DNA from: Pseudomonadales bacterium
GTDB lineage: Bacteria > Pseudomonadota > Gammaproteobacteria > Pseudomonadales > Azotimanducaceae
Assembly (NCBI GenBank): GCA_021295935.1
Contig: JAGWBL010000003.1
Span: forward strand, 1-26,036
DNA: 26,036 bases
Direction of reading: 5' to 3'
Part shown: positions 1-9,780 of the stretch, piece after piece
Layout of the letters: every line of letters begins with the position of its first letter
Position numbering within the stretch: the stretch's first letter is position 1
The notes under the pieces: generated by a model
Database searches by the model: none
What the model was told of the DNA's origin: nothing
What the model saw: the letters and a program-made list of their open reading frames with translations, nothing else
Program-made: the position numbers and the translations under genes

Positions 1-875
1 ATGGCCCGAAGAGTCGCGATCTCGAATGTGCGGGCAGCAACGGCGGAGTACATGGTGTTCAATGCCGCAAAAATGGCTCCGATTGCCATGATCACCACGA
101 CTACGTTCCCGAACACGCGGATGACCTTGGTCGCGCCCTCGGATTGCTCGGAGTAGAACCTCTCTTCAGAGACAGCTTTGGTCTGGAGCTGCGGATTCGC
201 CTTCATGTTCTCGTTGACCGCGTTCAGTCCCTCCGGACGGTTCAACCGGAGGCGCACCGTGGTCAGGGTGTTGCCTCGTCGGAATGCGGATGCGGCCATC
301 GGAAGGTCTACCCAGATCTCGGACTCGGTGGCAGAGCCGTCATCCTCGAAGAGCCCCACCACGAGCCACTTGGTTCCGCGCACTTCGATCTGGGAGCCCA
401 CGTCGAGCCCGAGAAACTCCCGGTGGGCTCCCACGCCGACGATAGCCTCGTTTCTGCGGGGTTGGAAGTTGCGCCCTTGCGTAATGCTCAACTCTGGTCG
501 CACCTGGAACGACTGCGCTTCGGTGCCGCGAACGACCAAGTTGGCGGGCGTTCCCGAGCTGCGTTTCTCGATGTCCGCTACGCCGTAAAGCTCTCCAGCA
601 GCAATCGCAACCTCCGGAATGGACCGAATGAGCGAAAGGTGATTTCCGGGAATCACGGAGGACATCTCGTCGGTCGAGCCATCACGCAGAACGATGGCTC
701 GGTCGGGTTCCATGGAGTTCTTGAACACCGCGTCCAATCCGCCGGCCATGCTCAGCACGAGCGTCAGCACTCCGACCACTCCACCGGTGCCAACAACGAT
801 CACGGCTGAGGCCCCCGACCTCGATACGATGCTTTGGATGTTGAGGACGGCAACCGCCCAGATCTGGCCAGTCAT
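1..875 (-). CDS. ABC transporter permease (MacB/FtsX-like), 3' end truncated by window edge
   Basis: Hand translation from ATG at 875 (GAGGT upstream): MTGQIWAVAVLNIQSIVSRSGASAVIVVGTGGVVGVLTLVLSMAGG...FGNVVVVIMAIGAIFAALNTMYSAVAARTFEIATLRA, open to position 1. N-terminal TM, periplasmic domain and the NTM...R..EIATLRA FtsX-type motif. Not in the ORF track. Confidence 0.9.
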   Translation of the reverse strand, partial: MTGQIWAVAVLNIQSIVSRSGASAVIVVGTGGVVGVLTLVLSMAGGLDAVFKNSMEPDRAIVLRDGSTDEMSSVIPGNHLSLIRSIPEVAIAAGELYGVADIEKRSSGTPANLVVRGTEAQSFQVRPELSITQGRNFQPRRNEAIVGVGAHREFLGLDVGSQIEVRGTKWLVVGLFEDDGSATESEIWVDLPMAASAFRRGNTLTTVRLRLNRPEGLNAVNENMKANPQLQTKAVSEERFYSEQSEGATKVIRVFGNVVVVIMAIGAIFAALNTMYSAVAARTFEIATLRA

Positions 876-890
876 GATGAGCGAACCTCG

Positions 891-2045
891 TTACCGCGCG
901 CGTAGCGCATCCACGATCTGGAGGCGCGCTGCGGTGATCGATGGGAACAGTCCCACAAGGACGGAGAAGCCGACAGCCACGACGCCGGCCAACAGGACGG
1001 TGCCCCAACTCTGGAGCATCGGCGGCATGTCCCCCACAAGCGCTATCACCAAGAAGCCGACGACCTGGGTTCCAAGCGCGACGCCCACCACTGCGCTCAT
1101 CGTCACCAGCAAGAGAGACTCGCCGAGCACGTAGGCGAAGAGTCTGGCGTTGGTGAAGCCCAGAGTCTTCACTACGCCGAACTCCGGAGTGCGTTCCCGC
1201 AGCCCCTGCATCATCGTGTTGCCCGCGAGGAGCAGCATGGTGAAGAAGACCGCGCCCAGAACGCCGTTCACCATGAGCGAGATGTTGCCGATTTGAGCCA
1301 GCCACTGTCTCGCGAACTCGGCTTCCGTGGCTGTCCGCGTGGGATCGCTCGTGTTCTCGAACAGGCTGTCGATCTCCTTCGCGATCTCCCGAGCGCGATC
1401 CGGGTCTTCCAGAACCACTCCGATCCTGCCGATGGCTTCGTCGCCGCCGTGGATCCAACCCTCGTCAAAGTAGTCGTGCCGAATCAGAACGACATCGCCG
1501 AATTCGTTTTCCGGGTCGAACAGTCCGACTAGGTCGAATTGCCACCCCATGGAGCTGTCCTGGTATTGAAAGATCGTGCTCAGGAGTGGAACTCGGTCAC
1601 CGACCTGCCAGCCGTACCGCTCGGCGATGCGGCGAGGAGCGACCATGCCTGTCTTGCTGGCGTTGAACGCCTCATGGTGCTCGGCCGAGATCTCGTTCTC
1701 CGGATAGACATCGAAGTACGAACTAGGGTCGACAGCGAACGTCATCACCATGTTGTAAGGATCCTGATAGGCGCCGCCGAACCAATTCATGTGGGTGACA
1801 GTCTTCCCCCCTTCAACCTGCTCTACCTTGCGAACGTGCGACTTGGGAAGGCTGTCGATCACAGAGAACTTTGACGAGACACTCAGTCTATGGACATTGG
1901 CGAAGTCCTCTCCCGCCTCGAACACCACGCCTACGGATCTAAGGAGCACCAGCAACAGGAATGCGGTGACCAGCGAAGCCATGGTCAGGATAGCGCGCAC
2001 CTTGCGCCGAAACAGACTCTTCCAGATGAACCCAAGCGAACCCAT
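891..2045 (-). CDS. ABC transporter permease (MacB/FtsX-like)
   Basis: 384 aa; N-terminal RRKVRAILT plus TM, periplasmic domain, LLLAGNTMMQGLRERTPEFGVVKTLGFT motif and C-terminal TMs. Confidence 0.92.
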   Translation of the reverse strand: MGSLGFIWKSLFRRKVRAILTMASLVTAFLLLVLLRSVGVVFEAGEDFANVHRLSVSSKFSVIDSLPKSHVRKVEQVEGGKTVTHMNWFGGAYQDPYNMVMTFAVDPSSYFDVYPENEISAEHHEAFNASKTGMVAPRRIAERYGWQVGDRVPLLSTIFQYQDSSMGWQFDLVGLFDPENEFGDVVLIRHDYFDEGWIHGGDEAIGRIGVVLEDPDRAREIAKEIDSLFENTSDPTRTATEAEFARQWLAQIGNISLMVNGVLGAVFFTMLLLAGNTMMQGLRERTPEFGVVKTLGFTNARLFAYVLGESLLLVTMSAVVGVALGTQVVGFLVIALVGDMPPMLQSWGTVLLAGVVAVGFSVLVGLFPSITAARLQIVDALRAR

Positions 2046-2048
2046 GTC

Positions 2049-2735
<687 letters not shown>

Positions 2736-2913
2736 TTCAGAGCTCCTCGTTCTTCAAGAATGGAGTGTGCGCGGCGGCGACGGTCGGCGCAAGGAAACAG
2801 CCAAGGGCGGAACGCGAAAAGCACTCGCTGTGTCGCGAGGCTGGCATCTCCAGTGCCATGGGGAGACTGGCGAGGATGTCACGAAAACAGCTGGTCACTC
2901 GAATTCAATCGTC

Positions 2914-4152
2914 TCACAGGACCGCAACCTCTCGGCCGTCCCGCAGGCTTTCGGAGGGCAAGGAGGCCAGATCAACGACCACCGTCTCCCCGACACGCAA
3001 TCCGTCCGACACGCGAGCGAGAACCTCGTCGGACTCGGCGACTTCAACCAAGCGTTCGTCGACGACGCCATCGGAAACGACCCATACCCTGGGCTGAGAT
3101 CCGGATGCATCCAGCGCGCTGGAGGGGATGGTGACTCCCTCGGGGACCGTCACGAGCTCCGCGATCGCTCCGGCCTCCAGAAAGGAGCCCTGCACCCCCA
3201 TGTCCGGAAGCATCCGTTCGTCGTTCTTGGTGAAACCGACCCGGACGCGAACCGTCTCCTTCGCCCGGTCAGCGGTGGGGATGATGGCGATGACCCTCGC
3301 GGGCAAGCGCGTGTTCGGAAACGCCGTGGGTTCGACCGTCGCCTGCTGTCCGGGGACGACCCGATTGATGTAAGCCTCGGAGACGTCGACTTCCACCTCG
3401 AGGGAGTCCATGTCCACGATGGTGCAAATGCCTGTCCGTGTGAACTCGCCTCCGCCGGAGACGGGGGAGATCGTCTCCCCGGGCTGCGCAGCCTTCGCTA
3501 TCACCACTCCGCTGAACGGGGCTCGTATTTTCATGTCTTCCAGCAACTGATCCTGAATGGCGAGCTGGTTCTGAAGGACCTCAAGGGACTTCCTGACACG
3601 CCCGCGCCGAGCCTCGAGTCGACTTTGTCCGAACTGTGCTGCTTGGAGGATCTCTTCGCTCGCGAAGTTGTCCTCCGCCAGAGCCGAGAGTCGGGTGAGA
3701 TGGGTGGTTGCTTCTTGCAATTGAATGTCGATTTCCTCGAGCGATGCCTCGAGTTCAGAAATCTGGGACGCGACGAGGTTCTTTCGAGCGGCCTGGAACG
3801 TGTCGTCGAGTTGGGCGAGCAACTGACCCTCCTCGACCTGCATGCCCTCCTCAATGTAAACGCTGACGACAACGCCGCTGGTCTTGGAACTCACTGTGGC
3901 CTGTCTGCGAGCGACCACGTATCCGTTTCCGTCCAGCACCGCTTTCGCCGACGCGGCAATCTCAGGGGTGCGCGCGACGGACACCCGCACTTCAAGCGGG
4001 GCGGAATCCAGGTATGTCCATAGGGCGAAGCCACCAGCTCCGCCGCAGACCGCAATCCCCATCATCCAGATTGCCGGTCGCAGCGCGCCGCCTCGACTCG
4101 CTGATCGATCGATGGCCAGGCTGCTGAGCTTTTCCTCGGTTTGCGAAACCAA
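2914..4152 (-). CDS. Efflux periplasmic adaptor subunit (MacA/HlyD-like membrane fusion protein)
   Basis: N-terminal TM, TVSSKTSGVVVSVYIEEGMQVEEGQLLAQLD and IRAPFSGVV lipoyl-like halves flanking a coiled coil; TTG start with GAGGA upstream; first gene of the ABC run. Confidence 0.92.
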   Translation of the reverse strand: MVSQTEEKLSSLAIDRSASRGGALRPAIWMMGIAVCGGAGGFALWTYLDSAPLEVRVSVARTPEIAASAKAVLDGNGYVVARRQATVSSKTSGVVVSVYIEEGMQVEEGQLLAQLDDTFQAARKNLVASQISELEASLEEIDIQLQEATTHLTRLSALAEDNFASEEILQAAQFGQSRLEARRGRVRKSLEVLQNQLAIQDQLLEDMKIRAPFSGVVIAKAAQPGETISPVSGGGEFTRTGICTIVDMDSLEVEVDVSEAYINRVVPGQQATVEPTAFPNTRLPARVIAIIPTADRAKETVRVRVGFTKNDERMLPDMGVQGSFLEAGAIAELVTVPEGVTIPSSALDASGSQPRVWVVSDGVVDERLVEVAESDEVLARVSDGLRVGETVVVDLASLPSESLRDGREVAVL

Positions 4153-4482
4153 TCAAGTCCTCACGGGACGTCGCGCCTGGCAGAAAGCGTGGTTGAGCGA
4201 TTTGGCCAGTCGCAGATCAGGATTTCCGCGGCCAGCCCAGGGAGGTGGCGCATGCGACGGAGCGAAGAATTGCGAATCGTACTTGAAACTGAGAGCCAAA
4301 CATGAGGACCGTGGCTCCTGCGAAAGTGTTTCACTCCGCAAGCAGGTCGAGCGCTTGGGGTCACCATCGCTGCCGGGCCACGATGGGACTCCAGGACGCC
4401 AGCTATGGCGCTCCCCCTATTTCCGGGCACATCTACCATGCCAGCCGCACCTGCCAGCGGTTGCCGTTCGCCCGGCTGCGCG

Positions 4483-5334
4483 TCATGGGTAATGTCCGTG
4501 GCCACCCCCATGCTGGTGACCAAGAAGGTGCTCTTGCACAAAGAAAAGAAGGATCGCCAGCGCCATTCCGGCCAGCAATGCCACGATCAGCCAAATTCGA
4601 TCGTGGGAATGGAACTGGACCTCGGGAAGGAGATCGCTGAGTGCCACGCACAGGAAAGCGCCGCCCGCAAAGGCCAGCACGAAACCAAAGTACGCTCCTC
4701 CTTCGAAGAAGTAGTCGCCGAGGAAATACGCCAGAAATGCCACCGCAGGACAAAGCAGGGCATAACCGACATTCAGGAGAGCCCGACGCTGACGCGAGTG
4801 GCCGGCCCGGCTCGACATGGCAACCACGGTGTAGGCGTCCAGGGGCTTGTGCAATGCAATGGCCAAGAACTCCGCAAATCCTGGCAGCGTGACTTCTTCT
4901 ACATGAAGTCGCATGCTCAGGTCAACGGAGACCCCCAACGCGAAACCCTCCACGAGCGTATGGACCCCAAGTCCGATGCCAAGCCCGAAGAACGCACCGC
5001 CTTCCTTTCCGCCGATCGGCACCAAGGGTTGCAGGCCCTTGACGTGAGGTGGGTGGCCGGGCTAGGTGGGGACGTGGAAGACGTGGAGCAGGAAGATCAT
5101 GGTGACCGCGCCTGCAAGCGCGATCGCCATGACCAGATAGGTGCCACTGCGGCCGGGCAAGGCATCCATGCTGTGCGGAATGAGGTGGAACAAGGCGAGG
5201 CCCAGGATGAACCCTGCCACTGCACTGACGATCAGCTGCGTGCGCCGATGAGTGGTCTGGCCCACCTCATTCAGGTATCCGCCCAGGTAAGACACTGCCG
5301 CGACGACAGCTCCGTAAGCTAGCAGCAACCACAT
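4483..5334 (-). pseudogene. ZIP (ZupT-like) divalent metal transporter interrupted by an in-frame TAG at 5062-5064 (pseudogene, split gene or base error)
   Basis: ATG at 5334 (MWLLLAYGAVV...) and the downstream part ending at 4483 are in one frame of 284 codon positions with a single internal TAG. Motifs GLALFHLIPH, HTLVEGFALG, IALHKPLD, LSDLLPEV; His-rich tail HQHGGGHGH. Confidence 0.88.
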
Positions 5335-5599
5335 AGATCCGTCTTCCTGTGGCTGTTTCTCAATGAGCGGAGGCGAGAGGCTGTTCTGGCCACCAGTGAC
5401 TCGAGCGGCAGCGTGGCAGTGACCCAACAGAGGTGGACGACATGTTGATGCGGAAACGGACCCTGGTCTGCCTGCTGCTTGTGCCCATCGCACCGTACAT
5501 GATATTGCCCCTGCACATGCCGGTGTGTCACGCTTGCGTTCGGCCCGTCGAGAGATTCTCCAGCATCGCCCAGCACGGGCGCGCAGGCGCTCGCGATCT

Positions 5600-8317
5600 T
5601 CAGTGTGCGACCTCCCAGTTCGACCCGTGAGCCACATGGACTTCGAGAGGGATCAACAGCTCGATTGCGTTGCTCAGCACCTCTTCGGCCAAGATCGCCA
5701 GACGGTCCACTGCGTCCTCGGCCACCTCGAACACCAGTTCATCGTGAACCTGCATGATCATTCTGGCGTTCAGACCAACTGATTCCAGTTTTCGATCCAT
5801 GGCGACGGTAGCGAGCTTGATGATGTCCGCGGCGCCGCCCTGTATGGGAGCGTTGATGGCGGTGCGTTCCGCGGCGGCCCGTAGGGCAGGTGCTGGGGAA
5901 CGCATGTTGGCCACGAACAACCTCCTTCCGAGCAGTGTCTCGACGTAGCCAAGAGTTCTTGCAGAATCCTTGGTCGATGCCATGAAGTTTCCGACTCCGG
6001 GATAGCGTTCGAAGTACCTCCGGTGATAGTGGCTGGCCCTAGCTCGCGAGATCCCCAGCCGCTCGCTGAGCCCGAACGCGGACATGCCATAGATCAGGCC
6101 GAAGTTGATTGCCTTGGCTCTCTGCCGTTCTTCGGCGGACACCTGTTCAAGCGGCTTGTCGAAGATTTCCGCAGCCGTCGCTTGATGGATGTCCTGGCGC
6201 TGGCGAAACGCTCGAATCAGAGTTTCGTCCGCGGAGGCATGCGCCATCACGCGCAATTCGATCTGGGAGTAGTCCGCTGCCAGGATTTGGAATCCTGGAG
6301 GCGCGACGAACGCGCGGCGGATGCTCAGGCCATCCTCGGTCCTGTTTGGAATGCTCTGCAGGTTCGGGTCGTGAGATGCCACGCGGCTGGATGTAGCGAC
6401 CACCTGGTTGTAGTGCGTGTACACCCGCCCGGACTGCGAGTCGACCTTCTCGAGCAACGAGTCGGTGTACGTGGCTTTGAGCACGGCCAGCTTCCGGTAG
6501 TCCAGGATCACCCCCGGCAGCGGATGTTCGGTCGCCAGTTTTTCGATCACAGCCTCGGCGGTTGAGCGGTGACCGGTGCGGGACTGACGGGGAGCGGTGA
6601 GCCCGAGGTCGTCGTACAGGATCTTGGCGAGTTGCATGGGGGAACCGAGATTGAACGGCTTGCCGCCCGCCAGAGCATACGCCTCCCTTTCAATTTCCCT
6701 CATGCGTTGCTCAAGACGTGTCGAGAGCTCTGCGAGCTGTCTGGAATCCATGCAGACTCCATTCATCTCCATGCGTCCGAGAGCAAGACTGAGCGGAAAA
6801 TCCACCTCGTCGCACAATTCCAGGGCGCGAGAACCGGCAAGCCTTCGTTCGAGTTCCTCCGCAATCCGAAGATTGGCGTCTGCCCGCTGACAGCAGTAGT
6901 CGCTGGCTTGCTCCAAGGAGACTTCACGGAACTGCCGTTGATGTTTTCCTGTTCCGACGAGTTCGACGCGTTCCGTGAGAGTCCAGTCCAGGTGACGCTG
7001 GGCAAGCGCTTCCGTGGTGTGGCCGCCCCTCGAGAGGTTGTCGTTCAAGTAGGAAAGCAATTGCACGTCCCGGCACTGCCCCTTCAAAGAGATGCCCGCG
7101 CCTTGAACCAGCTTCCAAAGCTGCTTGAGTTCCCAGCCGACCTTGGCTATGGACTCGTCTTCGAAGATCGGCTTGAAACCTTGAACTACCTGGTCAAGCG
7201 GCAACGCGGGTTCAAGAGAGTCGAGCGTTGAGCTCGACTCGTTCGCCGCTTGAATGGGAATGAACGCGCCCTGCCCTGGAACGGCCGCGATCGCGATTCC
7301 GATGGCGGACGGTCCGCCAAGGCACGAAGTCCATTCGAGGTGGATCGCCATGCATCGAGATGCCAAGACCTCGGAACGTATCGCTTCCAGTTCCAAGCTG
7401 GACTTGACCGTGCGGTAACTGACCTCCAACTCCGGGAGGGCCATTGCTGCTTCGGAACCCCGTTGTTCTCGGAGCTCCGCAAGAAGTGTCTTGAAACTCC
7501 ACTTGGTGAAGAGCGCTTCGAGTTGCTCGACGTCTTCGGGTGACCGCTTCAGCTCCGTCGCGGTCACTTCCAGATCGACATCCAACTTGATCGCAGTCAG
7601 CCTCCGGGCCATCGGGATCTGGTCCAAGTGCTCGCGAAGGCTTTGCCCCACGACTCCCTTGATGCTCCCCGCGTTGGCCATCACGCCTTCGACAGTGCCG
7701 TATAGCTTGAGCCATTTGGCGGCGGTCTTGGGTCCAACCCTCGGAACTCCCGGAATGTTGTCGGAGGTGTCGCCGGCCAAGGCGAGCAAGTCGACGATCT
7801 GATTCGGACGCACACCCCACTTCTTGATCACCCCCTCGACGTCTGTCTCGCGATCGGACATCGAGTCGTACAGCGACACGTGCTCGTTGACTAGCTGAGC
7901 CATGTCCTTGTCCGACGTGGCGATCAGGGTGGGCACTCTCGCTCGTGAGGCTTGATGCGCGAGGGTGCCGATGACGTCATCGGCTTCGAAATTGCTGACG
8001 ACGAGCAGCGGCAGGCCCATGGCCCGAACGATCTCGTGAATCGGAGCGATTTGACACCTGAGTTCCTCGTCCATCGGAGGGCGATTGGCCTTGTACTCCG
8101 GGAAAATCTCGTTCCGAAACGTCTCGCCCTTGGGATCGAACACTACCGCTATCGCAGATTCGGGGTAGTCGGCGCAGAGTTTTCTGAGCATGCTGACCAC
8201 ACCTCTTATCGCGCCTGTAGGATGGCCTTCGGCGTTCGACAGGCCGGGCATGGCGTGAAAGGCCCGGAACAAGAACGAGGACCCGTCCACGAGAATGAGT
8301 TGCGCGCCTTGAGTCAT
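5600..8317 (-). CDS. polA: DNA polymerase I
   Basis: 905 aa; 5'-3' exonuclease motifs VDGSS, EADDVIGT, SDKD, GDTSDNIPGV; polymerase motifs A (ADYSQIELR), B (RAKAINFGLIYG) and C (QVHDELVFE). Confidence 0.98.
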   Translation of the reverse strand: MTQGAQLILVDGSSFLFRAFHAMPGLSNAEGHPTGAIRGVVSMLRKLCADYPESAIAVVFDPKGETFRNEIFPEYKANRPPMDEELRCQIAPIHEIVRAMGLPLLVVSNFEADDVIGTLAHQASRARVPTLIATSDKDMAQLVNEHVSLYDSMSDRETDVEGVIKKWGVRPNQIVDLLALAGDTSDNIPGVPRVGPKTAAKWLKLYGTVEGVMANAGSIKGVVGQSLREHLDQIPMARRLTAIKLDVDLEVTATELKRSPEDVEQLEALFTKWSFKTLLAELREQRGSEAAMALPELEVSYRTVKSSLELEAIRSEVLASRCMAIHLEWTSCLGGPSAIGIAIAAVPGQGAFIPIQAANESSSTLDSLEPALPLDQVVQGFKPIFEDESIAKVGWELKQLWKLVQGAGISLKGQCRDVQLLSYLNDNLSRGGHTTEALAQRHLDWTLTERVELVGTGKHQRQFREVSLEQASDYCCQRADANLRIAEELERRLAGSRALELCDEVDFPLSLALGRMEMNGVCMDSRQLAELSTRLEQRMREIEREAYALAGGKPFNLGSPMQLAKILYDDLGLTAPRQSRTGHRSTAEAVIEKLATEHPLPGVILDYRKLAVLKATYTDSLLEKVDSQSGRVYTHYNQVVATSSRVASHDPNLQSIPNRTEDGLSIRRAFVAPPGFQILAADYSQIELRVMAHASADETLIRAFRQRQDIHQATAAEIFDKPLEQVSAEERQRAKAINFGLIYGMSAFGLSERLGISRARASHYHRRYFERYPGVGNFMASTKDSARTLGYVETLLGRRLFVANMRSPAPALRAAAERTAINAPIQGGAADIIKLATVAMDRKLESVGLNARMIMQVHDELVFEVAEDAVDRLAILAEEVLSNAIELLIPLEVHVAHGSNWEVAH

Positions 8318-8346
8318 GCTAAAGTCAGTTCATTGATGAGCGGCGC

Positions 8347-8739
8347 TTGACCGACCCCATGCCGAATCTGACCGCTTTCCTGTTTGTCGTTGCGTTGGGC
8401 GCACTGTTCCTGTCCGCGCTGTCGGAAGCGGCAGATAAGGACCACGAGCCAATCGCCGAGGTTGACGAGTCGAAACAAGAAGTAGCGAGAGAGTCCAAGC
8501 AAGCTCCGAAGAAGCGAAACCGAACCAGGCGAGCCCCACGCGGTCCGGATATTGTGCTTGTGGAAGCGGAAGACAAGACCATTTACGCATATTCCCAGAA
8601 CGGCCGGCTGCGCGCCATCAAGGTCGTGCCCACAGTGGGCAAGCCCTACTACCTGCGCCCCGCGGATCCGACGAAGCACTTCGGTGACATCGATCGAGCG
8701 GACCTGTTGCTGACGACCTGGGTGCTGGTCAGGTTCTGA
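8347..8739 (+). CDS. DUF2782-like exported small protein
   Basis: Signal-peptide-like N-terminus; C-terminal IYAYSQNGRLRAIKVVPTVGKPYYL...WVLVRF resembles DUF2782, and the position between polA and thrB matches Pseudomonas-type synteny. Start may be ATG at 8359. Confidence 0.7.
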   Translation: MTDPMPNLTAFLFVVALGALFLSALSEAADKDHEPIAEVDESKQEVARESKQAPKKRNRTRRAPRGPDIVLVEAEDKTIYAYSQNGRLRAIKVVPTVGKPYYLRPADPTKHFGDIDRADLLLTTWVLVRF

Positions 8740-8748
8740 GGCGCCAGG

Positions 8749-9780
8749 ATGGCGGTCATCACCCATCTGGACGAACGCCGGATTGCTCGCATACTCGCGG
8801 GGTTCGGAGTGCACCGGCTGCATGCTTTCGATTCTGCGGACGAGGGCATCGAGAACACCAATTACTTCGTGCTGGCGTCCCGAGACGAATCTAATCCCGC
8901 AGGTCGGTACGTGCTCACTCTGCTGGAAGAGGCGTCGCCCACAGCGGCCGACCCAAGCCAGCTGTGCAGGGTGCTTGAATGGGCGCGCAGCGCTGGATTG
9001 CCGGTGCCCGAGCTCGTCCGGGGAGACGATGGCGAGGTATGGGTTCGGGACGAAGGCAAGCGAGCGTTGCTGTCTAAGCGGATTCCCGGAAGCCACGTTG
9101 CGGTTGCCACGGAACATCAGTGCCAGCAAATAGGCAGGTTTCTCGGGCGCTTTCATAGCTCTGCCGACAGTCTTGGCGAAGACTGGAGGCCTCATGATCG
9201 CGGGGCGGACTGGCTGCGAAGACTGCGGGCGGTTGTCGAACAGCACCTGGTGCCCAGCGATCGCGCCATCTTGGGACAGCAAGTGGGCTTTGCTGCGTCG
9301 ATGCTGGAGCGAAACGACGTTCGGTCCCTGTCTCGCGGGTTGATCCACGCCGACCTGTTTCGCGACAACGTCCTGTTTCAGAAGGGTCGCCTGAGTGGAG
9401 TCATCGACTTTCACTGCGCTGCTTCAGGGTATCGGCTGCTCGACTTGGCCATTGCGCTCAACGACTGGTGCGCTGCGAGCGTTCCATTCAACGAGGCGAA
9501 TGCCATCTCTCTGCTCCGCGGTTACCACATGGAGATTGCTCTTGGAGAGGAGGAACTGATGTTTCTCCCGGGGTTCCTGAGATACGCGGCGCTCTCGTTC
9601 TGGCTTTCCAGGCTGGCAGGGGAAATCAAGAATTCGAACGGCGTGCACTTGCCGAACAAGGATCCGGAAGAGTACCGATCGGTCCTGATTCGACACATTC
9701 GAAGTCCGCGACATTGGACCACGAAAGACCTCGGCAGCGCCGAAGTCGACCGACCGACAAGCTGTCACGCATCAGGCTGA
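8749..9780 (+). CDS. thrB: Homoserine kinase, type II (aminoglycoside phosphotransferase fold)
   Basis: MAVIT start, EGIENTNYFV, GLIHADLFRDNVLF, GVIDF, DLAIALNDWC, AALSFWLSRL and KDPEEY motifs. Confidence 0.9.
   Translation: MAVITHLDERRIARILAGFGVHRLHAFDSADEGIENTNYFVLASRDESNPAGRYVLTLLEEASPTAADPSQLCRVLEWARSAGLPVPELVRGDDGEVWVRDEGKRALLSKRIPGSHVAVATEHQCQQIGRFLGRFHSSADSLGEDWRPHDRGADWLRRLRAVVEQHLVPSDRAILGQQVGFAASMLERNDVRSLSRGLIHADLFRDNVLFQKGRLSGVIDFHCAASGYRLLDLAIALNDWCAASVPFNEANAISLLRGYHMEIALGEEELMFLPGFLRYAALSFWLSRLAGEIKNSNGVHLPNKDPEEYRSVLIRHIRSPRHWTTKDLGSAEVDRPTSCHASG

Noticed and set aside
4161-4541. 126-aa minus-strand ORF between ZIP and the MFP
   Set aside because: Overlaps the ZIP 3' end in another frame and has no recognisable features; left as unexplained intergenic DNA.
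5335-5637. N-terminal extension of the ZIP ORF and small ORFs between polA and ZIP; possible Zur/Fur box
   Set aside because: The extension overlaps polA and is hydrophilic, and the ATG at 5334 fits ZIP length. No convincing AT-rich palindrome was seen.
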